DNA of 63,881 nt, filler included, from Platydemus manokwari (lineage: Eukaryota): assembly GCA_037951405.1 (NCBI GenBank). It is 6 parts of 6 records of this genome, joined end to end, with 100 filler letters (N's around TTAATTAATTAA, not from the genome) between each part and the next. Parts side by side here need not be neighbours in the genome. Positions count along the whole stretch, not along the records: positions 11,467 to 20,891 come from JBBMOY011250985.1; positions 20,992 to 34,055 come from JBBMOY011855833.1; 4 more parts are not named here. One strand, given 5' to 3'. Below the pieces are notes generated by a model that searched no databases, was not told where the DNA came from, and saw only the letters and a list, made by a program, of their open reading frames with translations. Below are positions 13,791 through 28,170 of the stretch, piece by piece (the first letter of the stretch is position 1; each line of letters starts with the position of its first letter). The translations under genes and the position numbers were made by a program.

Positions 13791-15686
13791 TTAGTTATTT
13801 ATTTTATGGTTTTTTGTTTCATTATTTGTTGGCACTGATTTTACCAAAAACTATCTTCAATTTTTGTTACATATATAATTGATAAATGTAGCAATTATTC
13901 AACATGCTCACACCATAATAATAATAATCATACATTCATTTAATAGTAACTTTCATTACTAATTAAATTTCAACTAGATTATATAATAAACTTTGAGAAA
14001 ATATTATGGTCATGGAATAATCTCTGTAAACTTGATATGAGAAAACAAATAAAATCGACAAATAAAAAATAAAATCGCATACAATTAACCGTCTTCCAGA
14101 CTAAATAAAAATTGATTACTTATCTTTCTTCACACTTTTTGATATGCCAATCTCTCATTAGATACAGCGAAATTTTTTCCAGGTGACTACTTCACAGAGA
14201 GTGAGTTTCCTTATTATTACAAACAAAGACCTAAAAGTGCGAGTAGATTTAAATTATAGTCCTGATTGTAAAGTTATTCGACCATAATGGAAAATCACTT
14301 TTTCATCCTATTGAAATGAAAATTTATTGTTAAATATTTCTTTACAGATTAGTTTTATATTTTCGTCATTGTATTAAATTAGGTGATTATCAGGTGTTTA
14401 TGCGATTAAAGTTTTACTGGTTCTAATAGGGCTTTAATAATCTCTTAAGGTGACATAACTATTGGAATTTCACATAATATCTAAAGGCTTAAAATTCTTA
14501 TTTGTATAAACTAGTCGTTACTATCAAGTCGTTATAGAAAAATTATCTGAACCTAAATTCATGCCGACTTAAAATTGTTGTATTAATTAGATCAATTATC
14601 AAGAAGATAAACTATTATATAATGAGGGTTACTTAGAAATTCGATAAACAGTAAAAAAATAACAAAACGGTTTTGCCAAAATGTGCAACGCTCCACTGAA
14701 ATGGACAGTTTCAAAATAACTAAAAGAATCATATTGGAAAAAACAAAAAATTTAAATAGTGCAACGAATAACAAATTTTACACTGAATGATAATAAATAG
14801 ATAATAACTTGCTATATAAATCAAATTACCAATAATATTTTCAAAATGATTGATAATGTACTCGATATCCATGCTCTTGAAAACAACTTCCTAAGTGGTC
14901 TTCTTGTAGAATTTTTAAAGCTGATTTTCAAATGTAATGTGGTGATATCTTATATACTTTTCATGCAGTATTTCATTGTGATTTATTAATATTATATTTC
15001 ACTTGTAAATGTTATTTTTTAGCATTTTTCATTGTCTTCTACTTGTATTTGTTTTTATGTTCCTACTCTTTATAGTTTTGAACTTAAAGATTAATTATTT
15101 TAGTATAAAGATTTGACAAAAATAATACTCACTGGTAAATACGAAGCTAACCAAACTTAGTTCACAAATACGTGACTTGATTTGTGGTGTTTAAGATAAT
15201 ATTTACTTCATAATAAATCAAATGACATGGTAAACGATATTTATATGCTTTAAAATGTTCAACTTACGCTTTTATATAAAAATTTAATCCTTAATTATTT
15301 ATATGACGTTATTCATATATTGTTTTAAAATTTTACTAAAATTGCCTTTGTTTATTGATGTAAATCAAACTAACGTTGTAATTTTCAAATTTTAAAACCA
15401 GGGTTAATCGATTTTTTTTATTAGGCAGCATCAAATTTTTTTTTAATATAAACAATGTCCAACATAAAATAACAAATATGTACAAACGAACAATGGTAAA
15501 TCATTTTGAAAAATAAAATCGAAATATTCACAACTTTATAAGAAAATAATTGTTTGGTAAAAATATGAATTGAGAACAAACAAGTTGAAACTAACAAAAT
15601 ATATAAAACACCAATCAAATGACTGAAAAAATCAAGTTATTATTATTAATATTAAAATGCTATTGACTTCATTACCTAAACAATTT

Positions 15687-18600
15687 TTAGGGATCTTCAT
15701 TTGATAGTAACTGAACAGGGTCTTCTATAGCTGGATTTTCTGATTCATTTAACAAATAAAAACTTTCATCTTCTTGGATACACATCGCCGTTCCAATATC
15801 AGTTTGAATGTCTGTGTTCATTATTTTTTCCAGTTCCTCATCGGTTTGTTGTTTGATACAAACAATGCATTTGAACCTATTATCTGATTGTACACATCTA
15901 CTGTCACAACAGGGCTGCAAATGAACCCATTTATGACAAAAATCACAATGTGCCCAATCAACAACCTGATCAAATATAAATAATTAATAAATCAATGTAA
16001 TTTGATGTTGTTAAAATAAATAGATTTCACATATACAGTCAATTAAAAATTGTGAAGTGAAATTGAGAGATCAATTCATATTTAATTTTCCGCTATAACA
16101 ACAGAAGATGATGGGTGAGAAATGAGAAATTATTTCAAAGATCGACATGTCGGCGGGAAAATCAACAATTTTTTGGGTATTTATAACAAAAATATTTTTC
16201 AAAATCCTGACTAACGAAATATTTTTCAAACAATCCGTACACTGTATCGATGGCTTTGTTTAAATCAGATATATTTCTAATAAAGGAATAAATTCATTGT
16301 CGTTATATATATATAAATGTGATGAAAATATTATTCAGAAAAAACTTCAAAGATAAAATAAACATGAATTGAATTAATTATTAAAACTATTCATAACTTT
16401 CATTCATAGCTATTGATTGAATGTGATATAATGACATGATTATTTTCACAAGGATATTTATATCAAAAATCATATGTTTGTAAATATATGAAATAAATTC
16501 ATTAAAATTACCAATTCTTCTGCTTCGGATATCTGTGATAAGCCGGGAGGTTCAATTCTTCCACATACATGACAATTTTGATTGATTTCGCCGTTAGCTT
16601 GATAATCTATTTGCGATTTCAATTCCATTAAATCTGTAACATCCATTTCATGTTGATTTTCATATACTACAGGAGTTGTGATTGAAGTACTAACTGTTTT
16701 AATTGGATGACTGCTACAACTATTATTTACAGATGTACTTGTTGAAGTACCAAAGCACTAAATAATAATAATAATAATAATCATATATTATACATATTGA
16801 AATAGAATTTTTATAAAAAATCACCTTTATAAAAGAATCAGATTTTGATATGATAATAGAATTCTTCTTTTGATTATTTGAAGGTATTGGCTGAAGTCGT
16901 ATTATTGGTCGATTAGTAGCAACACTTGATGAGGCCGGTTTAATAACGACATTGTTTGAGGATTTATAAACTTTAACGGGATTATTAGAGTTAGTATTTG
17001 GTTGAGAAATGAAAATGTTGCTTTGATCTGATGGAATTGGATCGGTTGGAACCAATTTAATTTGATTTGATCCACTGATGGAATAAACTGGTAATGAGCT
17101 TGTTGGAGAAATTTTACAAATTGGTGTTGGTTGCGACTGAGTTGAACGTAAAATCACTGGATTTTTAGATGATCCAGAATCTATTTCGATAAAGAAATTC
17201 AATTTATTGACATTTATTATCTGATATTTGGTAAACAATTTTCAAATAATAGTTTATATTAAATTATATATATATATATATATATATATTGAAATAAAAG
17301 TCTTGTCCGATAGAAAATAATATTTATTTAACCAATAAAGACAATGTGTAAATTGAGAAATATAAACAAATCATCATTCGTGTGTAAATCTGAAATGTTG
17401 AAAATAATCACCTTTAAGGTCAACACACATTTTATTAAATGATAGACATCCGAAACAATTATTTAATTACAAGATGGAACTTAAACATTGAAAAAAGGAT
17501 TTAATAATGTATTTAAATTAAACATTTCTTCATAAAACATTGAAATGTTTCAGATTTACAAATGAGTGATGTTTTGTTTATATTTCCAATTTACATATTA
17601 TCTTTATTGGTTAAATAAATGTTATTTTTCAACGGACAAGACTTTCGTTCCGACCCTACATATATTTATAGATTCAAGTGTAAATAGTATAAATAATCCC
17701 AGAAAAATGTGAAATATATCAAAATGAATGAATTAAAACCAAATCTATCAATATTAAATCATAAACATTAGCTAAACTTATACATAAACATAATCAATGA
17801 AATCATATTACTTTTAATGGACAATATTTTTGGCTGACTGGTATTTTCAGAAGGAATTGATGATCCAACAGGAAGATTATTTCGATTTTTTGAATTATTA
17901 AATTCCGCTCTTTGTGTATGCATTTGATTCATGACTTTTGATGCCATATTATCAAGCACTTTAATATTACTCAAACTGGGATACATACTAGATGTATTAA
18001 TAGAATGAGGTATAAAGAAATCATTTGGATTCATATTGGATTGAGACACATTATTATTTGGAATCATTGGAAAATTATCATTGGAATTATATGGTCTATC
18101 AGTAATTGGTGAATGAGCAAGTGGTGGCATATTAGATAATGGATCACGTCCTGGAAACATAGACATGGCACTAGATGAATTATTTTGCATGAAATCTGAT
18201 TCATTCATATCCATACTATCCATATTTTCATCATTAGGATCATCATCACTACTATTAGGCTGTGTATAATCAAATTAATTTAATATAATAAACATGTTAT
18301 AATGGCTCACCATGTACGGTGCTAAACTATTTGACAAGTTATTGTAAGGACAAATACCAAGTTTAAAGAATGTTTGAATCAAATTAATAGGTTGCAGAGC
18401 CCATTCATATGCCTGGCAAATTATACGGCTTACATTTGTTTTATTAACATTGCGTTTAAAATCATCGTGATATTTTTGAATCCGTTTCGTAAAATATTTC
18501 TATAAACAAAAATATAAACATATGATTTCGATCTTTAACATTGCAAAATATATATACTGGATATGCAGCAAAACACGAACTTTCAACGCAATGATTATAT

Positions 18601-20570
18601 GGCGGATGAGGTGGTAAAGGAAACAAAAGCACATTGTCTTCTTTTGCCTTTTCGAGAACTCTTACAGTAACAAATTGCAAATGACCATCATAGAGCAGAA
18701 TCACAGGTCTTTGTGGTATCAATGGACGAAAATGGCGTTCATACCATTGTATAAAGGCATCAGCATTAACCCAACCGTTACTAGAAGTTGCAAATTTAGA
18801 TCCTTTAACGGAGCCTTCCATCATCTCTTCTATTAATGAAATCAATAATAAAATAATAATAATAATAATAATCATTTGAAATTATCCAATCAACCCAAGA
18901 AAGTTAACAATGTTAATCATTTCAAATATTATTTTTAAACATTATTTTCTCAATTTTTACCAATAAAATATGTTAACTATTAGATGAATTTATTCATAAA
19001 CTATATTATAATGAAATGGCATGGAAATGAGATAAAATATGAAACAAATAGCTTAAAAAATCCGCATCTCGAAATGGAAAAATCACAAAATCAAACCAAA
19101 AACATATCTGATAAGAAATTTTAAAATAAATATGATTTCAACAATTCCTTACCACTAATTTCACTAGCTTTAAACATTAAAAAAGCAGGTATTTTGTCAC
19201 CAGCAGCATTACCAGCTCCAAGAACAGCAGCCGTTGGATTCCAATAGGTATTGGATTGAGGTCGTTGAATGGTAATTGGAAGAATTTTAGGAACATTGGA
19301 ATTATCACATGCAATGCTCACTTCATCAGTCATCCAAATATGGTCTGGTTTATTTTTTATATCATATTTAATAAGCACCTAAACATGATATCACATCAAT
19401 ATTATTATCAATATAATGAGAATAATATCATTATCAAAAACTATATTAAAACATGTAGACTGAATAGCTCTCGAATTTTCATTTTATTTCAGAAAAACCA
19501 AATGAAATATCATATAGAAATATAATATTAGCTCAAACATGGTATCAAATCTTATCAAAGTATTTATATAGCCTTAAACCTGTACCAAAGCCCATAAATA
19601 AACCAGAAATATGCATGGATTTGCTGGAATAAATATCGATATTAATGCCAGGATCAAATAACAATTGTCAATTATTTGATATAGAATCTAATCTAAACAT
19701 AAAATTCATTAAAACGCATGAACAAATTCCATTCAAGACCATCCGCAAAAAAACATATCATAATTAATAATGTTTTTATCTTGTTCAGAAATATAAATAA
19801 GCCATTTCTAAATTTAGAAAACAAACCAATCCAATTTAAAATAACATAATATCACAATTTGATTATGGTTTGCAACTATTTACGTTTTTAAAAAACATGT
19901 GTAATTTGAACAAGTTTTACAACAAACAAAATCTAGTCTACCTTGTCAAGATTTTCATAATAAGCTTGGATCGATTCTGCTGACACTCCTTTACTTTTAC
20001 GATTACTCCGTGGACCGTAAAGATAATTTTTCAAATCAGGCCAACGATTTAAAAATGCATAAAACCATGCTTGGCTTGGATTCAAAAATTTAAATGGTGC
20101 AATTCTATCGACTGCTTTGGTCATATCACCAGCTAGTTCAACAACTTGATTCCTTGTATATGGATATCCAATTTTACTCATAAACAAAATATGATCAACC
20201 ATTTTTTTCTCTTCCTCAAATGTAAAAAAAGTTGGTGGTCCTGGTCGAGAACAATCTAAACTAACACGACCATGAACTCTATCTCGCAATGTCGACTCGG
20301 GTACATTATAATGACTAGCAGCACCTCTTAATGACATACCAGTGCATTTAACTGCATTAAAAGCATTAGTCATGTCTTTTTGTGTCCATCTACGCCTCCG
20401 AGTCTTTAATTATAAAATAAAATTTATATCAAATACGAACTGATTTATACTTTAGGTTTATTTGCTTGATTATTAACATATGGATCGTGAATAAACACAA
20501 CTTGCTGCTGAAAACATTTGCTATCATTGTCTTCGTCATTATTTTCCCAATAATCTTCACTATCTCTCAT
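15687..20570 (-). CDS. Pogo/Fot1-like transposase-derived protein: HTH_psq + CENP-B-type HTH + DDE_1 + low-complexity linker + C-terminal PHD finger, about 865 aa, 9 exons
   Basis: Phase-consistent GT-AG exons 20570-20451, 20403-19942, 19378-19153, 18829-18558, 18499-18311, 18259-17812, 17180-16825, 16757-16512 and 15965-15687 give 2598 nt with no internal stop. Motifs: WTQKDMTNAFNAVK..GMSLRGAASHYNVPESTLRDRV (psq HTH), PSQAWFYAFLNRWP, IWMTDEV, GAGNAAGDKIP, SSNGWVNADAF, RPVILLYDGH, LPPH, FFKLGICPYN, and CHVC...WAHCDFCHKWVHLQPC...FKCIVC (C4HC3 PHD). Confidence 0.9.
17297..17660. mobile_element. Foldback MITE (family B) with inverted arms of about 100 bp, inside intron 6 of the pogo-derived gene
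   Basis: AAAGTCTTGTCCGATAGAAAATAATATTTATTTAACCAATAAAGA at 17297 is the near reverse complement of TCTTTATTGGTTAAATAAATGTTATTTTTCAACGGACAAGACTTT ending at 17645. The left end lies next to a (TA)n run. A second copy is at 23605-23812. Confidence 0.85.
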
Positions 20571-20891
20571 AATGCTCTAAAAGTAAAGTTTTCGAAATAA
20601 ATTAGATATAACATTATTTTAAATATTAAATAACTATTTCAATTATTTTAACTTTGAAATATTTTAAGAAATTTATATTTTTGGTCTTTACAACGATAAT
20701 TCAAAACATTAATAACCGAAAATTGGTATCAAGATTAAACTATTAAATAATTCGTAAACAGTGCGATTGTAATTCACATAAACAAAAATAGATGTTAAAT
20801 GTTAAGATAATTAGTATAAATAAAAAACAAATTTTACTTATCTTATTTATAATACTATGTATATACCTTTATATTACCTTGAATGTGTAAG

Positions 20892-20991
20892 NNNNNNNNN
20901 NNNNNNNNNNNNNNNNNNNNNNNNNNNNNNNNNNNTTAATTAATTAANNNNNNNNNNNNNNNNNNNNNNNNNNNNNNNNNNNNNNNNNNNN
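20892..20991. other. Assembly gap linker
   Basis: N-TTAATTAATTAA-N 100-nt spacer. Confidence 0.98.
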
Positions 20992-23604
20992 TCTGCAAAT
21001 GGAAAATATTTTGATTGAATTTCATTAAATAAATATTTTAAAAAATGTTTTTGTTTTTTAAAAAAAAAAGCCGGAATCATACTAATACACCTAATAAATA
21101 TTAATAAATAATTAATATAATATTATACTAATCGGTATACACACTTGAAATTATATACCCAATAAAATAGCATTGAAAAATTATTATAAAATTAATGATC
21201 TAAAAAATATATAAATGAGGTGATGACTGCAAGCCAGATATTCATTCACCACATTTACAACAATCATTGTGTTTCAAGAAATCGAATGACAAATTCAGAA
21301 AAGTCAAATTCAATAATTTATCCACTGCACCTAACATGCCACACATAAATAATTTAACCCAATCCATGTCATGCCGCCGACGATTTTTCATACCATATTC
21401 AAATTTTTATCTTGAAAGATTTACCAATTTTTTACTGTGTTTCAAATGTAATTCCGAAATGTTGTATGATGCCAATTAGTAAGAACGAGCGATCATTAGA
21501 AAATATCGATTATTTACAAATACCATCGCTTAAAATGAAAGAAATACCAAAATGGATTAAGTTTGAATTCTTATTGGAATGAATGTAATGTGCTGGGGGC
21601 GGTGTAAACTGTGATATCTAGATAAGATATGATATGCGAAAAAAGCAGCAAATGATTATTGCCAGGTTCACATTTCATTTGTACAGATGCCTACATTTGT
21701 AGTAATAGTAGATAGTCGCCTTAATAGATGAAATATTGACAGCTTGGATTACAACAGATTGAAATCCGTGATTTGGAAATGCCATCAATTGTTTTCAAAT
21801 CAATTCTTAAGGGAAATGTTTCAATTTTATTTCACCAATAAACAATCATTTAATACGGTAGAGAATCATTAACGATAATCTAGCAAATTAAGATGGAATA
21901 GGAAATCACATTAAATATGCGAGCAGTAATTAAATCACATAAATAATTATTAATATTTTATTTAATAAATGTTAAGATTTATATATTTGAAATCATATAT
22001 CATCTTCATTATATATTATGATGATATAAAATAAAAATGCTATTGTAATAGTCATGATCTAATAATGGATGAAGATAAAGTTTAGTAATGAATCTGTAGC
22101 TGTACATATTGATTATTAATTTACATCATTTCCATAACTGCATCAGTCAAATAATTACATCATTTGGAGAATATTTTAATTGTAGAAGATTTCTTAACAG
22201 ATATTTACAGAAATAATTATTCCGCAATTATGATATTTTTAAAACATATCTGGTAACATGGTGGTAAAAATATGAATTGCAGTCATGATTGATGTTAAAA
22301 GAAAAGATTCAAAATTAATGTATATATATTATCAATAGATCGATTTCGTAATAATATCTACTTGAGTCCGCTGTTTTAAAATTATCGATTAAAATTATCG
22401 GATCAAACCTAAGAATGATTCAAAATTAATTTTTTAGAGAATTTCGAAGATTCGGGTTTAAGTATTCTTAAAAGTACAAATATTTGATATCACGAAATCA
22501 TATTATAATATGATACCGTAGTGTATTAGTGTGTGGGATTGATACTAAATTAATAATTAACTAATTTATTTTAGTTTGATATGACAAAGTACTCCTCATT
22601 TATGTAGAAATTAGCCATTTTTATGCTAAAATTAATATGTTAATTGATCCTTAGACAATTCCATTAAATATACATTATCCCTAGATCGATGTCGTTATAA
22701 TATCTACATAAATTCGACATTTTAGAATTATCGATTGATGGATTCAAACCTCATTCATTTCACTATCACTCATTACTTGATCATATTGACCACAATATAA
22801 AGTTGAGTATAAATTTTATGAATAGACATTCTTGGATTCTTTTTCAATTCGTATTGAAAGAATTATTAACAACTAAAAAAGCTAAATAGCTGTTAAATAC
22901 AGATCATGAAATATTATAAATTATTTCAGGATTAAATTAATTAACAATGATAAATTTGATAATCGAAAATGGTTATCGGATATTACAATTTATTCACATT
23001 TTCTATATTAATAGGTATGATTACGAAAACAATTTAGAAATGGTTAAAATATCAATATACATATCATATCAGTCATTATGTAGATTAAATGAAAGGTAAA
23101 TATTAAACAGAAGTATAGCTTCGACACAGTGAAACCCTTTTTCCATTGTTTTATATGGAATAAACAGCCACACAGAATTAGTTAACAGTTAATCGGAATC
23201 AAGATAATCGAAGTCAAAAAAGTCATAATCACACAATAACGCCAACACCGAGATTGACCAATCCAAGGTTTGTGATCATCAATGGATTTCATGGAAATTG
23301 GAAAATAAATGTAACAAATCGAATTGAATCACAAAATTACATATGCAGATTTTAGTATATAGCATGGCACAAAGACGACCCGTGTGGAGTTGAAGCTTTT
23401 TGTTATCTTGTACTGAGTAGCACATTTGTTAATTTATAAATATAATTTTAGTGCAAACATCGTTTGATTTATACACAACATTACAGAAGATATGAATAGC
23501 TAATATTTCACTTTTAAAATGACATTTTATAGAAGCACAATGAATTCAGCGAAAAATATTATTTAATAAAAATATTAGGAATGATATACCATTATTATTG
23601 TATT

Positions 23605-23812
23605 GGATTGGAACGAGATCTTGTCCGATAGAAAATAATATTTATTTAATCAATAAAGACTACATGAAAATTGGAAATATAAACAAAACATCAATTGTCT
23701 GTAAATCCAAAGAATTTCAATGTTTTATGAAGAAATGTCGAGTTTAAATCTTTTTTTAAATGTTTAATTTCTATCTTATAATTAAATAATTATTTCACAT
23801 ATTTATCATTTA
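23605..23812. mobile_element. Partial second copy of MITE family B
   Basis: GGAACGAGATCTTGTCCGATAGAAAATAATATTTATTTAATCAATAAAGAC... matches the arm and interior of the 17297-17660 element in reverse orientation. Confidence 0.8.
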
Positions 23813-25211
23813 AAAATATTATTTTGTAGTATATGATGGAGTTTAAGCGAAGCGACTTGAAAAAGCTGACATATTTTTGTGGAAAGATGGAATGAATATC
23901 TAACAACATGTGGTAAACATATAAATATAAATAATATAAAATCATGCAAGAGTAATTGGTGATATTCTGTATTATTAGAATGTATAAAGGATAAGCTTTT
24001 ATTCATTCTCATATAGATCAAGAACGTTTCAAGCGCATAATTATGAAACATGGTAGGTTTATTGGTTTTATAGTATGGAAAAGGATTTGTGTTGGAGTGG
24101 AGAACCATTCACTAATGTGAGAAAGAAGCCAGTACTATTTAAATGTCGAATTAAGCAAATTGATTGCTCAATCCTAACAAATGTTTAATTTTCAATTTCC
24201 AATGGTCCATGAAGCTAAAAGAATTTCTTCAACTTTTCTTTATGTTTTTAATTTTGTCGATTCAAATGATAATTGTGGTTATTGTTAATTATTAATTTAT
24301 TTTAATAATAATACTTGATACCTATGGGAATTGTTTTAGAGAATAATAATGTATTTTATTATCATTACATGGTCATATATATTTATTATTTTCCCACATA
24401 ATCGATGTAACAAAATTATTGATGTAAGAAGAATGAGTAGATTTTGAGAAGATCAATATGGAATAGATATATAATATAGAGAAGACAATCAATACAGATA
24501 CAGAGAATAAATTAAGATTTATATTTAAATATAAAGAAAATATTGAAAATTTATCTAAAAAACGAATATGACAAGAATGAGAATAAAATCAAAAATAACT
24601 TAAAATTATTATTTGAAATAAAAAAATACAGCATTATTAACAAATTACATATAATCAATAAAATTTCTTTGAAAATGATTATTAAAAACCTTTCAAATAA
24701 CAATTCATATCATATATTGTAAATAATAAATTCCATCTCATCACAGCTCATTAATATCGATTAAACACATCTTATTCCATCATCATTTCCACTTCATTAT
24801 ATTTAAATATTCAAATATGCTTTTCATTAATAAAGATTTTCATTAATTTTAAAGAGCTTATTTGACATAATAATTATCTTAACGAGACTCAATCTTCTCT
24901 GATCTATGCAATCAATAACAGAATTATCTCATTCCTAAAATGTTTTAAACCTGTATATATTTTGATCAATTTTATTTTATTGTGATTTTCCCAACACCAT
25001 AATGAGTTGATAATTGATCGTCAAAAATAAAGGCTAAGATTGTAAAGAATCATAATTTATTTATAATTCATTTCTTAATGATATGGTTCCGATAAGTAAA
25101 GTGAATATCAAAATTGATTTAAATATTTTATCTGAAATATAATTAATATACTTTGTGATTGTTAATAATGAAGAAAATAATTTTGACATTTTTTTCGAGA
25201 TTTTGATTTAA

Positions 25212-25363
25212 CCCTTTCAATACTGCGAGGATATATAAGTCCCAGAAAAACCATATTTTCTAAAAATCTGAAATTAATTAAATATGTTCCTTTATTTATT
25301 TGCAGCACATATGGTTCAATTATACAAAAATATTTTCACTGGCCAAAAGTCGTATTGAAAGGG
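25212..25363. mobile_element. 152-bp piggyBac-like MITE
   Basis: Perfect 12-bp TIRs CCCTTTCAATAC and GTATTGAAAGGG. The left flank is TTAA, the piggyBac target site. The right flank is TTTG, a degraded match. Confidence 0.65.
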
Positions 25364-27822
25364 TTTGATGAAAAAACGTTTTGATATATTTTTCGAGACT
25401 TTGATTTAAATAAAATAAAGCAACAATATGTATCACTCATAGAAGCTAATAACAGCATAATAAAACAATATCTCTACTACACCAAATAAGAGTCTGGATT
25501 AATTATTACAAACTGGTAAGGCTGGAATATCACGAAATCTCTAATCGGGATTCATTCAATGTTATCGAATCTTATATAAATGACAAACAAATATTAAAAA
25601 TTATCATCTACTGTTTTGATATACAGATTAATATTGGAAATCATATTTATAAAAAATTATATTTTTTCAATATCATTATCAAAATCTAGAAAATATTTTT
25701 CACTCACACATTATTTAATGAAGATAATCAATAAATTATAAATTTCTCTATTGTGATATAACAGATATCATTTAGAGAATTATTTATTTATTATTTGTTT
25801 TAAATAACTTTTATATATTTTTTTATTTTTAGTATTAGTAAATTTCGTTGTTATTTCGTGAGTGTTTAAAACGTGCCATTAATATCTCTCAATACAAATC
25901 TTGTACAAATGAAAAGCCTTTCAAAGCCATACTGGTATATATTCGATATACTCTACAATTTCAACATCTAAGGTAATAAATCCACTGTAACTCTATCATA
26001 ATCAGATAACGTACTAAATAAACAATTAATTCATTTAGATTCCTTTATGTGGGTTATTAGGCGAAAAATAATTTATTATTTTGGCATTACATTATTGATT
26101 AAAGAAACATTATATATAATTACCATGACCTAGTTTTTGATTATATTTGTCATTTTTGTAATACAAATGAGTTCCTATTATGGTTAATTATTAATTTAAA
26201 GGATGAGAAAGGTAAATATTTATTATAAACCAAAATATAAAATAAAATAATAATGTAAGGATTACCCTTATAGTTCTCACACATCATATACATTGAAGAA
26301 TTCAAATGAAGGTGAAGGAAAATACAAGTAGATGAGATTATTGAAAAATAATAAATTTGAATTTCGTTTTGAAATTTTCTTATTCTCAAATGATCTAATA
26401 ATACTCATATATTTAATGGAAAAATGGTTTCAAACATTTATAATTCAATGATAACAAAGATCAAATATCTCCATTCGAACATGAAACTCTCCGACATTTT
26501 ATTTATTTATAATTTCATTTTAATATATATTATATATAGCAATGTTTATATCTTCCAATCGGAAATGTCCTCAATGCTATATTTGGTTGCTATAGAGGAT
26601 ATTGTAGATATTTGTAGTATTTGAGAAACTATATGAATAACCTAACTAGATCATTAATAATAACTAACACGTATTAAACATTGTAAATTCTAAATTATAA
26701 TACAATACAAATTAAAGAAAATATATTCGAATAATATTATCTCTAATTTCTTAAAGCACCTTATTGATCTGGTAATTATATTATCAATTATATTAGCAAC
26801 TAATTTTTTGTAATTATATATTATTATTTTATACTGCAATTACATATTATTATGTCATATTATATTAAATAATAATTATGCATTTTAAAATATTTATAAA
26901 ATCTATTTGCTTAGAGGCATTATTGATTATAAAATGCTTAATAAAGATATATTGATATATAGATTCGATAACATTTATCAAATAAAGGATAAAATCATCC
27001 ATGTTAATGATAATAAAATATTTATTAAAACTCTAGCACTGCATTACATAAAAGATCAAGTTCACCGAATTATAAATAATTCTATGTGTTTTCTATCATT
27101 CTTATCCATAAAGATGAATAGTTTTTATGAATTTTTCTTATGAGTTGTCACTTGAATATTTTTAATTAATTATTACATATGTTGTCCTTGACAATCTTTT
27201 TAATAGTCATAGAGAGTGATTCTGGAACAGTGTTACTATCGTTACAAGTTCGAGCAATTACTAGAATCTTTAACAGAGCTACTTAATAATAATGTTTTTT
27301 ATATTTTCATAGGCCAATCGATAATTGTTATTTCTATGTTTGACAAAAACTTTGTATATTATAAATCAATAATATTATAACCAATTATAAATACAAAAAT
27401 AATGATCTCGCGTGATTTCATAATTATAAATAAATTATTGAAAATTAGTTAAAGATCAATATATTTATCATTTATCATTGATTTTTTATATCAAATGGTT
27501 TCTAACGGATCATTAAAAATTAATGAGATTAAATTTCTAGATAAACGACATTAAAATCAATAAATAATAAATGATCACAAATTAACCATTATCAAATAAG
27601 AACTGTTTTCGAACAAAATATGGAGCATTGGTGAATGGAGACATGTGATCGAATATAATTATATCGTTTTAATTAAATAATATTCATCAAACTATGAGTA
27701 AATATCAATAATCCCATATTTTATTACACAAATATTAAACATCAATTATAATTGTTTGGTGATTAAAGAAAGAATTATTCATGCAAATCGAATATTCTTC
27801 AATAATAAATAAATAAAACTTA

Positions 27823-28170
<348 letters not shown>

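Noticed and set aside
5814-15618. Numerous 60-120 aa I/L/F/Y/N/K-rich ORFs in intergenic DNA
   Set aside because: Their composition is what random AT-rich sequence gives, and they show no domains or splice structure.
25562-25581. TTATCGAATCTTATATAAAT, loosely like a planarian spliced leader
   Set aside because: It is a short AT-rich match needing indels and lacks the SL 5' end, the ATG|GT donor and an Sm site.
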